NCBI RefSeq assembly: GCF_006345805.1
Contig: NC_042998.1
Location: forward strand, 64,046,001-64,110,000
Origin: Octopus sinensis
Lineage: Eukaryota
Length of the DNA stretch: 64,000 nt
Direction of reading: 5' to 3'
This document shows, one piece after another, positions 27,632-41,285 of the stretch. The notes under the pieces were generated by a model. It was not told the DNA's origin and did not search any database. It saw only the letters and a list, made by a program, of their open reading frames with translations. Positions within the stretch are counted from its first letter, which is position 1; every line of letters starts with the position of its first letter. A program made the position numbers and the translations under genes.

Positions 27632-27975
27632 GTGAAGGCGTCGATTCAGTCGTTAGAACGTCGAGCTTACGATCGTGATGTTGTGAGTTCGAATCCCTAC
27701 CGGGCTGCGTGTTGAGTTCTTGAGCAAGACACTTGACTTCACTTTGCTCGAGTTCACTCAGCTGTAGAAATGAGTTGCAACATCACAGGTGCCAAGATAT
27801 ATTGGATTTTGACTTTCCCTTGGATAACACTGATGGCGCGGAGAGGGGAGGTCGATATGCATGGGTGACTAGTGGTCTTTCATGAAAAAACAAACTTGCT
27901 GGGACTTGTGCCTGGGAGGATAGCTTCCTTGGTGCAATTCCATGGTCAGTCATATGTATAACGGGGAGCAGTGTG
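27632..27975 (+). mobile_element. SINE family D (tRNA head, CORE-like segment, own tail)
   Basis: B-box GAGTTCGAATCCC; TTCTTGAGCAAGACACTT...GTTCACTCAGCTGTAGAAATGAG; distinct tail GGAGAGGGGAGG...CCATGGTCAGTCAT. Confidence 0.8.
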
Positions 27976-28770
27976 TGTGCGTGTACAGAGTTATGCATGA
28001 ATTAAAATGGTATGCTAATTTCATAGTATATGAGGGCTAGCTGAATTATAAACCGTGATTGCCAAATGTTACCACAATCCCAGTTTCGTATATATACTGG
28101 TCTCTTAATCCAAGTAACACTCTAATTAAAGCAAGACAGAGATCTACTGCTAATTTCTTTTGCTCACAGTCTCACAAAACGCTCAAACTTTATTTCTGAT
28201 CATTTGGTAATTTTACGAGGTTAAGGTTTCACTACAATGCCAAATTTCTGTCCGTCATTTGGTATCGATGAAAATGTCAAATACACTTTACAGGCAATTC
28301 AAGTTTTCCTGGAAGACATAACTTATATGTCTCCATCTCACAACAGCTATACATTTCTAACATCATTTCATCTAACTCCGACATTTACGATCAGTTAAAC
28401 GACCGTATCTCATATTATATTGAGGAAATCTATTTAACTGCCACCCCATCTCGATTTGCAGTTGTGTTCTTCATCATTACATCCATTCCATAATGCCATG
28501 TCTCTTGAAATCGATTGTTTAGTGATCATAAAATAAATACAATAATGTGTTTCACGCTCCACATGCAGCCCTCACAGGCATACTTCAAGCACAATTCATT
28601 TCTTTCATGCATATAAAACACATTTCTACCTCATCGAAGACCACTTCAAACGGCACCAAGAGTTGTCTAAATAGACTTATCTGCCTAAAGAATATGTCCC
28701 ACACGAAATAAATTGTTCCATCTTCCGGAAATGAATGTGATTTCAGTGATACACAAATACATACATACAT

Positions 28771-28807
<37 letters not shown>

Positions 28808-28820
28808 ACACACACACACA

Positions 28821-28858
<38 letters not shown>

Positions 28859-28877
28859 AAATTCTATTTATTTATTT

Positions 28878-28965
28878 ATGCAGCTGAGGATAGTCCGGCA
28901 TTTAAATTGATGTAATGATTGCATTGTTCAATTAAATGTAGTCGCTTGAAACGGTCGTACCAGAT
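28878..28965 (+). ncRNA. Type-I hammerhead-like motif with extended stem II (decayed)
   Basis: AUGCAG-CUGAGGA, long hairpin CAUUUAAAUUGA/UCAAUUAAAUG, GAAACGGUCGUA then C(UG)CAG. A related 3' half at about 4448-4470 reads GAAACGGUCGUU-CUGCAU and supplies the matching stem I. Confidence 0.55.
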
Positions 28966-29222
28966 GACCTCTTGATAGCCTATTGCTTATTTTGATTTCA
29001 TTCATATATGTATATGATTATAAGGAAAATATTTTCTCCAATGCATAGACTTCATTTTGGAATGGTCCAGATATTCAAACCTGAGGCATTAGAATAGGGC
29101 AGAAGATTGAAATTTAGGTAAATATGCGAATTTATATTTATCAACTTTAGACCTAACATGCATGAAATTCTCCAAAAGTATATTCAATACACCAAACATA
29201 AAAATATGCGTATATATATATA

Positions 29223-29288
<66 letters not shown>

Positions 29289-29321
29289 TATATATACATA
29301 TATACATATACTTATATTTAC

Positions 29322-29360
<39 letters not shown>

Positions 29361-29387
29361 GTTGTTTACTGTCATATATATATATAA

Positions 29388-29426
<39 letters not shown>

Positions 29427-29460
29427 TATATATTATATATATATATACATACATATATAA

Positions 29461-30035
29461 ATATGTACATGACAAATATATTGGGAAAATACATATGTCG
29501 GTCGACTTACAGATTTTTAAACCGAAGTCATAAGTGTTAGGAGTGTATATGAAAAGGTTTTTGTGTTACTAATCCAGTTAAAAATCCTACAGCTGTTTCT
29601 AGGGTTCCGGTTGTCCATCCATAACAAAAGATATTTACATCCATTTTTTGGACACCACCTCTTTCATCAAGGAAAAAATATTTAAAACAAGGCTTTACTG
29701 CGTATTTCTAATGGGTATTAAATACTGAGTATTTTTATAGAGCTATATACGAAAGACAAGGGAATGGAAGTGATTTTGAATGACTGGAGGAGAAGATACA
29801 ATGACTGATAAGATAATGCTACTGATGGCTCTATAGGTAGATGGTAAGAGGAGGGAGTATTGTTTTATTTTTCGGGAAAAGTTTTAAACGAACCCCAAGA
29901 AATGGCCGTAGGATTATTAAATCTATTAATAACATACACACTTTTCCTCTTAACTACTTTTATGGATTCGTTTTATAATCTATAAGTCGACCGATATATG
30001 TATTTATTTTTCCAGTATATTTAAATGTACATATG
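29461..30035. mobile_element. Inverted pair of hammerhead-bearing termini (PLE-like inverted terminal structure)
   Basis: Arms about 29461-29675 and 29838-30035 are diverged reverse complements (e.g. ATATGTCGGTCGACTTACAGAT vs ATCTATAAGTCGACCGATATAT). Confidence 0.75.
29584..29674 (-). ncRNA. Near-intact type-I hammerhead motif
   Basis: UUCC-UUGAUGA-long stem II (GGUGUCCA/UGGACAACC)-GAAA-CAGCUG-UA cleavage-GGAU; palindromic stem III ACAGCUGU; only C3>U in the core. Confidence 0.65.
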
Positions 30036-30065
30036 TATACATACATACGTATATATATATATATA

Positions 30066-30107
<42 letters not shown>

Positions 30108-30134
30108 CACATATATATATACATATATATATAA

Positions 30135-30200
<66 letters not shown>

Positions 30201-30204
30201 GTAT

Positions 30205-30400
30205 ATATACGGATGTGTGTATATTTCCCTTGTTTGAAATTGACACAAAAAAAACCAGTTACCAGGGCAGCAAAAAATCACAAAGTAATATGGACGTAAC
30301 GCCATGTTTGTAAAAGAAGAGACATAAATAAATGGAGTTAAACGCAGGTGTTATTCAAATTATTTTACTACCGACACATGTTTCGAAGACAACATTGGTA
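30205..30400. repeat. Interspersed repeat terminus shared with 60541-60740; carries the 3' half of an HHR on the minus strand
   Basis: TTCCCTTG...AGTTACCAG...GCAAAAAATCACA in both copies; GAAACAUGUGUC on the minus strand at about 30373-30384. Confidence 0.6.
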
Positions 30401-30806
30401 TTATTCCAAAGGCATAAAATGGTGTAAAACAATGAAATCTTCTCACCCGAGAAAGAAAGAACGAAACCAAACACATCCTTAAGACATTTTAACAGAATGT
30501 GATGGATGTGTATAATGACGAACGGAAAGCTATTAAGTTTCTTTAAAAAAAATCGTTTTAGGATATGTCAAAGGTAGCCTAAAGAAAGAGGATGGGCAAT
30601 TCCTACACCATGTGGGTCACAAGACAGTACTGCAGAAAATAGATCCGCAGCCATTCTTGTTATCTGGGAGTAAAATAATTATTATAGATATAGGGTAAAA
30701 AATTATTAATTTATAATCGATAAATTTCACCAAGTAGTTTCGATATGGAAAGGAACCATATTTGGTAAAAAATTATACAAGAAGTTTTATATATAATTAT
30801 CATATC

Positions 30807-30986
30807 AATTAAGGGTTTAGCAACGAGTTGCTTAACTACATACCGAAAAATTTAGAAATAGCAGCCAAAAGACCGTTATTTCTTTTCGCTACAAAATATG
30901 ACTCCACAGACAACCCTCTCTGTAGCTCACACAGGCAAAAATATTTTTGGTTTGTGGTTAAGCAACTCTCTTGTTAAACCCTTAAT
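30807..30986. repeat. Inverted repeat, arms about 45 bp (MITE-like or foldback)
   Basis: AATTAAGGGTTTAGCAACGAGTTGCTTAACTACATACCGAAAAAT vs reverse complement AATTAAGGGTTTAACAAGAGAGTTGCTTAACCACAAACCAAAAAT. Confidence 0.75.
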
Positions 30987-31266
30987 TATTATTATAAATA
31001 TATATATATGTATGTATATATACACATATATATATTTAATTATTAATAGTAGGGAATTTATTTCCGAGTTCACAGGGGAGAGAAATTCAGTTTAGTGGTA
31101 TTAAACGAATTTCCCACTGTATTCAGAATAGTAATTGTAGATATTTAGTCTTATATTTCATTAATAATGACGTTCAACGTTGGTTGAGTTGATTGACGGT
31201 GGTTTTGTCTCTTAAACCTATCTGTTTATCTATCTATCTACTCTCCCCACACATATATGTATGTAT

Positions 31267-31348
<82 letters not shown>

Positions 31349-32394
31349 CACACAAACACGCACACGTATATTTAAAGCTGCGATCTCTATTTTATCAGGC
31401 TATCTGCATATTCTTTTCTTTGAATGGTATGTCAAAACAGTCGGTATAATGACAACTCATTAAAGTTATGTTAGGTATAATAGTTTAGTTGAAAATATTT
31501 CTTTAAAGGTAATTTCTAGCTTCATACGAATTGAATATATTTAATTCAATAACGCCAACATTAACGTGTGTAGACATAAATAGTCTATTTATTTTACTTT
31601 TAAAGAACGTTTTATGATACAAATTATAAAATGTTTCCTGGTAGTCATAAACGGCTGTTTAGACAATTTCAGATATTATATTCTATTTCATGAACGACCT
31701 TTTATCAGTGTTTGTCATCTAATTACAAAAATGTTAACAATAAAATTTCTCTTTAGTTTTGTTTAGTTATTTTGATATTCAATAAAGAAGGAACGACGAT
31801 AGTGGATATTTATTACAAGTATTTGTAATGTTCCATTGTTAACTCTACTGAACAAAATGTACTGACAATATATAACAGAAATATAAGCAAATATAATTGG
31901 TTGTATATTTATAAATGAAGCTATTGAAAGAATGAAAGGAAAATAGCCCCAAAGTATGATTTCGTTTACGTTGAACTATATATTGTTACTATAAAAGTAA
32001 TTATTGTTATTAACATTAGTACTATCACTTGTAATTGTTGATATTGTTTATGTGCTATAATCTCAGAACGATGTGTCAAGTATATTTTTCAAGCTTTTAA
32101 ATTTGAAAACACTTATTTCTTTATAGACATGAAACTTTCTAATTCGTTCTGCAGTTTACTATTTTGTCGAAATAGTCGTGAACAGGAGGAACACTTCATT
32201 CCATGTTACCGTCCAACATTCCGTGATACTTTCTCTTTTAAAATAGCAATTAAATATAACTTTTACCTTGCAGACAAGCGACCAGGGTAGCAGAAACTTG
32301 GCTGACAGTGTCTGAGTAGAGATTCGATCGTCACTTCAGATCAACTATTGATTAACTATTTGATCGTCACTTCAGAGTAACTATAGGCTGCTTC

Positions 32395-32765
32395 ACACTT
32401 TTTCTCTTTTAATTGTTTCACTCATCAGACTGCAGCCATGCTGGTCCGCGGCGTTGAAGTGTTCTTAGTCGAATAAATCGACCCTAGAACTACATTTTAA
32501 AAACTTGGCAATTATTCTACCAAACCACTAAAACCGGGGTCGTAAATACACCAACACAGGTTGTCAAGCATTGATGGAGGAAACAGACACAAAGACGCAG
32601 GTGCGCACACATATACCCTCACACACACATACACACGCATGTACGATGGGCTCCTTTCAGTTTCTATTTACCTAGTCGATACATAAAGTTTGGTCGGCCC
32701 ATGGCTATTGTAAAAAACACCTGCAAGTTGCACCACACTATGCAGCTGAATCCGGAACCATATGG
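32395..32765 (-). mobile_element. Decayed family B SINE
   Basis: GACTGCAGCCATGCTGG...GTCGAATAAATCGACC...GGTTGTCAAG...GGTCGGCCC...GCTATTGTA. Confidence 0.75.
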
Positions 32766-33544
32766 CAAATCCGGTACAATATTCAATAATTCATTTCATG
32801 TATGACACATCGTATTGTTTTATACTAGGGAACCAAGAATAGAAGTTAATACTGCCAAGGTATTTCAAACGAATATTTCAAAGCAATTGAGCGAAACAAC
32901 AATTTAGCGAAACAACCATTAAGTGCAATAAAAAAGAATTAAATAAATAGGCATATTAAAGAGAAATAAATTTGAGATATATTTGTTCAGAACACTTAAT
33001 TATTTCTTTAATTATTTGGAGGCACTAATAGATTTCTGCTGTTGAATTTGGTTACATAAACTGATACGCAAATCTCAAAACCTTTCAATTAACTGTGTAT
33101 AAATTGGTGTTTATACCCATTAGGTAGACCAATATTATTTGGTGAACAGATACATGAATATTACGATGATAGCGTTCGCAGACGTATTGCGGTCTAAAAT
33201 GGTTCGTAATTGCATGTCATATGTAAACTTGCTTAAAAGAGAAGAGAGACGGTATCATTGTTAGTTCTTTTTTCGATGGTATCATCCACTTCATCATTGA
33301 GCAACGGTACGTCTTCATTGTTGCCCTTATCAAATAGCTCAAAATTCGGAGCAAATTCTCACCCCTAAAAGAGTCGATAACTGGCAATTCTTACGTCGTT
33401 ATGTTCCCTTATATCCCCCATCCCCAACTTCCGTTATCGTAAACAAGATACTTGCCTGATACTACCATAAAACGCACAAATTAAATTCTATTTTAATTTA
33501 TACTCTCTAACGTATTGGTGCGAAAACTATTTGATATAATGTAG

Positions 33545-33965
<421 letters not shown>

Positions 33966-34004
33966 CATATATATATATATATATATATATCTATATATAT
34001 ATAT

Positions 34005-34082
<78 letters not shown>

Positions 34083-35240
34083 ATATGTCAAGAGCAAACA
34101 CGTACATATATGAGTCGCTTACATGCTAGAAGTAGTCGCCAATGTCTGATAACTACCTAACATATCATGACAATAAATCGCATCGTACTCGTTCAAATGA
34201 ACGAAACAGATTCACGAAACGGTTTAATTCTTACTACGGGCAGTGCTGCTGACGATGATGTATAGTGTGAAGATGTTAATATGTGAATCCTATTAAGAAC
34301 ACTGTTCAATATAAATCGCCCAGACGCATAACTTTCAGCTGAACACATTCCCTAAGGTCTGAATATATCAAAGAGTGGAGACAGATAGCACCTGTCTAAG
34401 CAGTTAAAATACTTTATAATTCAGAACGGTTTCCTTAACTTAATCCGCTGTATATTTCTCATCTAAAATATCTGGAAACGTTTATATGATTCATTGCAAA
34501 TTGATTGCATAAGGGTGTTACTGGACTAAGTTTCAATTCTTTATTTTGTTTAAAAACCACTAAATTTAACACAGTTCTATCAGTAACTTGTGATATCTCT
34601 GGTTGATTAGGAAGCTTTTATGTATTAGAAGAAAAGAGAAACATGGCAATTTTATTCTGATATTAAATCTCAGCGGTGCAATTATAGAAATTGTGTTTGC
34701 CTATTTTCGGAGGTTTGGAGCGTATTTCCAGATTCGTGTAGATTGCATTATTTTAAATAATTATAAAGATTTTGTTATTGATATCAGTTTACATTATAGG
34801 AAATATTTAAAGAGTTGTGGATATTTTTACGTGGAAGTAACACTTCTACACGATTATTGTTGATAAAATGTTTTACTGAAATTTGAATAAATGTTGCATA
34901 AATTTTAATGAGCCTATAACTACAAGAGAATATCAAATATATATGCACCGTAAACAGCCGTTCTTTCGATTTCAATTAGTCTTCTTTAAGATTGCATAGG
35001 TGATTTGGTAATATTCATATATAAAATATATAGAACTGCGAACGAACTGGCAGATATTCATTCATTTGTTGGCTATTCTGGTGCGAAATTCTTTTTTTAA
35101 AACCAGGTCAGTTATGGGAGAGAATACATTTCCAGTAATGGCCCTCAATTTTTTCGTCTGATATTCATACTTCTCAAAATATAAATCTTTATTTATTATA
35201 GGAAAGCGAAAGAAAAGCATAGAATTACACAAATAAGTTA

Positions 35241-35464
35241 TTGGGTTGATGCATAACTATTGTGGCTTTTTTCATTTAATAAAAAAATAACAATATTTAA
35301 CGAATGCTTCTTTAAATGACGGTTTGACTGTCTGCCAAGCAAATTGGAAGCAGTAATTGAAGTAGATGGCGAATATGTTCCGCAATAAACATTTAAATAT
35401 GTTTTGTTACATGTTGTTATTGTTTTTTGTTAAAAAAAGCTGCAATAATTATGCACCAACTCAA
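35241..35464 (+). mobile_element. Internally deleted mariner (MITE) with both TIRs
   Basis: TA|TTGGGTTGATGCATAACTATTGTGGCTTTTT and AAAAAGCTGCAATAATTATGCACCAACTCAA|TG. The interior encodes a transposase-like C-terminus DCLPSKLEAVIEVDGEYVPQ*. Confidence 0.85.
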
Positions 35465-35667
35465 TGCAATGGCTAGTGTCTGCTGTCAGTGGTGATTGAA
35501 TTAGTCTAATTAACTTGTTATTTAAGCTTTGGTGATTAGAGACCTGGGTATCATATTCTAGATTGTTGTTCTATTGATGGCTTTAGCGGTAGTGTCATTA
35601 ATAATAAACTATGAGTTCGAAAAATATTCGGTTCAAAAGGTGTTTGGTGACCCGACTAGTTGTTGAA

Positions 35668-36048
35668 TGGTCAGTCGTGGCAATCTATAGGTTAGGACAA
35701 CGAGGGTTCCAGTTGATCCGATCGACGGAACAGCCTGCTCGTGAAATGAACGTGCAAGGGGATGAGCACGCCACAGACAAGTGTACGATTAACGTAGTTC
35801 TCAGGGAAGTTCAACGTGAAAAACTGTGACATGGCTGGCCCTTTGAAATATAGGTACAATAGAATCAGGAAGGAGTGAGAGAAAGTTGTGGTGTATGAGT
35901 ACAGCAGAGTTCACCACCAGCCACCGCCCAAGCCATCTGGAGCTTTAGGTGTTTCCGCTCAATAAACACTCACAGCGCCTGGTCTGGGAAGCGAAATTGC
36001 GATCCTATGACCGCGAGTTCACTGCCGTAATCACTGGGCCATTGAGCC
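35668..36048 (-). mobile_element. SINE family C, full length
   Basis: Reverse complement matches 18944-19300 and adds the central CTTTCTCTCACTC segment. Confidence 0.88.
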
Positions 36049-36058
36049 TTAAGTATGA

Positions 36059-36180
36059 GACGCTTACAGCATTTAGGTTTCCCAAGCGGTTACCCATCTG
36101 AGTACTCACTGGGCTCGTCATTGCTTAACTTCGGTCATCGGACGAAAAACGGTGCTTTCAATGTGATATGGTCAGTAAAT
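36059..36180 (-). rRNA. 5S rRNA copy, diverged (probably a pseudogene)
   Basis: Minus strand TTTACTGACCATATCACATTGAAAGCACCGTTTTTCGTCCGATGACCGAAGTTAAGCAATGACGAGCCCAGTGAGTACTCAGATGGGTAACCGCTTGGGAAACCTAAATGCTGTAAGC is collinear with the eukaryotic 5S consensus over about 120 nt. Box C is altered and there is no oligo-T terminator. Confidence 0.85.
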
Positions 36181-36501
36181 GGACGTCAAAGCAGCAACAC
36201 AAGGCTGCTTCTTAGTTTCTGGGATTTTGCGACATGACCAAACGAAACATGGATCAGTGACACCAAAACATTATCTTGGTGTACATCAAAATGAAATTCA
36301 ACACAGGAGAAAATAAATCATAAAATGATCATGATAATACAACAGGGATCCAGCAAATGAAATTTTAAAACAGTAAAATAAGAGAATTAAAATAATTATG
36401 ATCACTTCCACAGAATACAATTGTAAAATTGGTATTAAATAGGAATGACAAAATCAAAATATTCAGGCGAAAAATAAGGTATTTGTTATTATTCGATAAA
36501 C

Positions 36502-36591
<90 letters not shown>

Positions 36592-36811
36592 ATATATTCA
36601 TACATGTTCGCGCACACACCACAGCACATATATTATAAATGCGAGCAAATATTTGTAAGTATAGTTATGTCTGCATTTTTCACGTCTATTTATTGTGTTC
36701 AATCAGCAACAGTCGCGCCTTCGCCAGAAGGAGGCACTGCGATACTAATCAGCAGCATCACCACCGCCTCTACCATCACCTTCACCATTACCTCAACCTA
36801 CGCCACCCAAC

Positions 36812-36821
36812 AACAACATCA

Positions 36822-36865
<44 letters not shown>

Positions 36866-36939
36866 ACCTACTGCTGCTGCTGCAACTACTACTACTACTG
36901 CTGCCTCTGCTGTTGCTGCTACAGTTGCTGTAGTTGCTG

Positions 36940-36996
<57 letters not shown>

Positions 36997-37035
36997 TTGC
37001 TACTGCTGCTGCTGCTATTGTCGCTGCTGCTGTTT
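36812..37035. repeat. Compound (ACT)n/(GCT)n trinucleotide array
   Basis: Directly visible. Confidence 0.95.
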
Positions 37036-37154
37036 TTTGAATTGCCAATTGAATTCTAGTTTTTTGAATTGCCAAATCTCACGTCTGTTGCATATTTTCG
37101 AAGCTATAACTTTAACATATCCATTAAACGTGGAGGTACATTGCATAGCGTTTA

Positions 37155-37447
37155 GAACAGCGGTCGAAGGATGGCGATCGACGGTAGAAGGATCGCGTGT
37201 TCTAATCTCAGACCGGGCGATATGCGTGTTTATGAGCGAAAAATCCTGTTGTGTGCCATAAAGAAATAAGAAGGTAAGCGCGAACTTCTGCTGAACCTTT
37301 CGCCGCAACTTCCCCTCACTCTTTCATCCTACTTCTTGCAGCACACCTGCAACGGACCGGCGTCCTCTTCTGGGGGGAACCTATAAACCAATGAACCGGG
37401 CAAACCCGCTCTTATGGGTCAGGTGTGGCACGAGAAGGAACAAACAA
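37155..37447 (+). mobile_element. SINE with family C-type head and a different tail (T2)
   Basis: CAGACCGGGCG...GTGTTTATGAGCGAAAA...CAACTTCCCTCACTCTTTC, then tail ending GGCACGAGAAGGAACAAACAA. Confidence 0.7.
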
Positions 37448-37897
37448 TCACAACGTTTACATTAAACACTTTTACTATTTTTCACCCTACATGCTGCAAC
37501 TCAAATGCGTGTTAAGGTTACATTCCGGTGTTTTCTTCTTTTTTCATTTTCATATTTGTGCTTGATAACATGGTTTTTACATCTCAGACACAATATCTCA
37601 TCATGTTATATTATTTTTGTGCCTACAATCGAATCAGATTTCAGTTCGAAGTAACCCCGAACACTAACTAAAAGAAAAGGAAGCTAACTAATTCCACTCA
37701 GTTCCCTTCGAATCTGGTCAAATGGATTCATACTGAAGAAACTGTACCGAGAATTGTGCCAGGTTGTATCTGCTAGTTCCCTAATCAGCGCTATGGAAAC
37801 ACGTGTAGGTCCAACAGACCATAATATTATGCGGTATAAAACTGTGAAATAAAAGGAAACAAATACTGAGGATAAACAACTGAGGGAAACATTTTAA

Positions 37898-37985
<88 letters not shown>

Positions 37986-38514
37986 CATTTATCTATCTAT
38001 ATTATTTTACTCTTTTACTCCTATTTATTACTTGCTTCATTCATTTTGACTACGACCAGCTGAAACATCACCTTCCATATGTAATAATTTACATCTGATG
38101 CGCTGCCACAGGAAAACATGCGTGAAAATTTAAACACGTAGACTGCAATACCTCGATACAAAAAGAAAGTGAGTCAATGTTTAGTCATATATGCACATAT
38201 ATCTCTTCAATTCTTCTATACATATGCACGCTGCTTTTCTCCTTTTCCCGCATATACATTAATAATAAATATAAAGATTATACCACCGACACGCGGACTG
38301 CTTCTCACTTGTATTGATTTCACACTTATAGATAAGTGGATGTTTGAATATATTCAGTAGTGCAGTCAACATAAGAAGATTAATTAACTTCAGCAAGAAG
38401 AAATGTAAAGTAGATCTCTACTCATGAGACACAGCTTTAGCGAAAGTTAATGTCAAGAGAGGAATTTTCCAAAGGAGTATTTGTCTCCATTTAATATTTG
38501 TCTTATGTTTAATA

Positions 38515-38677
38515 GATGCAGGAATGGCTGTGTGGTAGGTAGCTTGCTTAACAACCTCATGGGTCCGGGTTCAGTCCCACCTTGTGGCAACTTGGGCAAG
38601 TGTCTTCTACTATAGCCTCGGGCCGACCAAAGCTTTGTGAGTGGATTTGGTTGACGAAAACGGAAAGAAGCCCGTCG

Positions 38678-38745
<68 letters not shown>

Positions 38746-38955
38746 GTGTGTATATATTTGTGTGTGTGTCCAACATCACTTGACAACCGATGCTGGTGTG
38801 TTTACGTCCCCGTTACTTAGTGATTCAGCAAAAGTGACCGATAGAATAAGTACTAGGCTTGCAAAGAATAAGTCTTGGGGTAGAATTGATCGACTAAAGG
38901 CGGTGCTCCAGCATGACGGCAGTCAAAATGACTGAAACAAGTAAAAAAGTAAAAG
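38515..38955 (+). mobile_element. SINE family B, full length, (TA)n-expanded linker
   Basis: Collinear with 23122-23523. Confidence 0.9.
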
Positions 38956-39099
38956 ATCTGACATCTTTTCTAATAGAGATTAAAAAGTGTTGTATGCTAA
39001 TCATAAAAAATGGCAAAGGTTATCGTTTGGTAGTGTATAGCTACGCAATCCTGAGACAATCAAGAAATTTATAGCGGACGGTTATGCTTATCCGGTTTT

Positions 39100-40290
39100 T
39101 GTGAAAATACCAAATTTAATAAAAGTGTAATGAAGGAAATCTTTAGGCGAGAATATCTCAGCAGAACCAAATTATTTATGAAGAGTAGAATCAATGGAAA
39201 CAAGATCAGGGCAATGAATACATTGACTATTTCCATATTACAATACAGTTATATGAACGAGATACAGGAAATGGATTGAAGGTCCAGGAAACTGAAGACA
39301 ATGGACGAGGAACTGAACCCTAAAAACCGATACCAATAGGATTTATGTGCCTAGAGACAAGGAAAGAATATCATACGGCGCAAGATCTGTCAACGAGAAA
39401 AACAATCTTGAATGATACGTCAAACAACGCCTTTATTGTTGCCTACCGCTTTTATACATAGCAATACGATATTTAGTGAAAGTATGCCACGCCGAAAAAC
39501 ATTCAAGAGACAAAATGGAGAACAAAGATTAAACAACCGGGAAATGAAAATGATGCATGGGTGATACTCAGAGAGAGTGGAGGGAAAATTTAAAACCAAC
39601 ACCTGGAGGTAGCTAAGGAAGCGGATGCACTCAGGCATTGATATGCAGCGCCCATGAACAAGATCTGAGAACTAAATACATCAAGTTCCAAATAGACAAG
39701 AGCAGTGAATCGCCGCTAAAATGAAACAATCTCACATATTCTGAGTGATTGTAGCCGACTGGCACAAAGGGATTACAGAACGAGGTATGATAACGTAGTT
39801 AAGTAAAAGAACAGAAATGATACGAGCATAAGCCAGAGGGTGTCACCAAGAATAATGGATATAAGATATTGTGGAATTTTAGAATTCAGTGAGACTCAAT
39901 GATTGATATTCGAGACCAGGCATTGTTGTACTTAATAAAAAGAAAAGGGAAAGCATGATCGTTGATATTGCGATACATTGGGATGCACGAATGGATAACA
40001 AAATGCTGAAAGAGAATGAAGAGAACAGGGTTTTAAAAGATAAATCTGCACGAATGCTGGCTATCAAGCGTGTAATGTCATCACAAGCGTTTTAGGGGCA
40101 CTGGGAACATTAACAATCGGTTTGAGAAATTTGTGGGAGAAATGAAATTGGGATTGACATTAGGGTACAACGTGTTCAGATGGTTGTTTCATTTGGGGCA
40201 GTGAGGATCTTAAGAGTGGTACTTGGGTGTTAAATACGGTGGGAAGAGACGATATGGGATGTTTGAGAACAATTTGTGATCCAAACTTAC
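39100..40290 (+). mobile_element. Decayed 3' part of an R4/Dong-type RLE non-LTR retrotransposon
   Basis: Fragments RIYVPRDK, NGYKILWNFRIQ, RPGIVVLNKKKRESMIVDIAIHWDA (degenerate PD..D motif), LGALGT, RILRVVLGC*. Followed by an (AAC)n(AAT)n tail. Confidence 0.85.
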
Positions 40291-40295
40291 AGAAT

Positions 40296-40690
<395 letters not shown>

Positions 40691-40719
40691 TTTAACGCGA
40701 AAGATATCCCATGGCTATG

Positions 40720-41285
40720 TAATTAGCTGGGATCTTACCTGTAATATCTTAGTGACATGTCTTCTCATATTCCGAGGAATTTAAAAGTCTTCCAAATTAC
40801 AGGATGGCACTTTTTTCTGCAAGGCAACTATACATACCACAATTCCACCGTCCTTTAAGCTTTTACGTAGCAGTGTGGGCATTTACCAACTCCACCTGCT
40901 ACAACACAAACAGTTGTCTCTTTTATCTTCCACGATCACTTCGTCTCTATGGCTATTGCCTGATATTTCACTCTTTTTTTTTCCCAGTTTCTATGATATT
41001 CACGAAATTATCATACTGCATAGCAAAGCCTTTGATCATACATTGTATTTTAATGTCCTCCACATCATATACGATTTCTTTGCTTTAGTATTATGTTCAG
41101 TCACCATGGAGAAATCCCATAAAAATCTTGTAATTATCATTCAACATCATAGTCCGTGGTTCATGCTCATAGCAATTTTCTGTCACTCTGAATCCATAAG
41201 CTTGGATAACATCTTAATTTACTCTTTTACAGACACAGCCTTGCCTGTGTGTATACTCTTTTTCGGCTGGCTTTTTGCCCTCATT
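40720..41285 (-). mobile_element. Decayed RLE domain of another R4/Dong-type element
   Basis: Minus-strand fragments CYEHEPR, NDNYKI/WDFS, VKYQAI, VAGGVG, LQKK occur in the same order as in 39100-40290. Confidence 0.65.

Noticed and set aside
36604-37075. Poly-Thr/Ala/Leu/Val ORFs resembling mucin or signal peptides
   Set aside because: They are explained entirely by the (ACT/GCT)n array, with no splice or flanking coding support.
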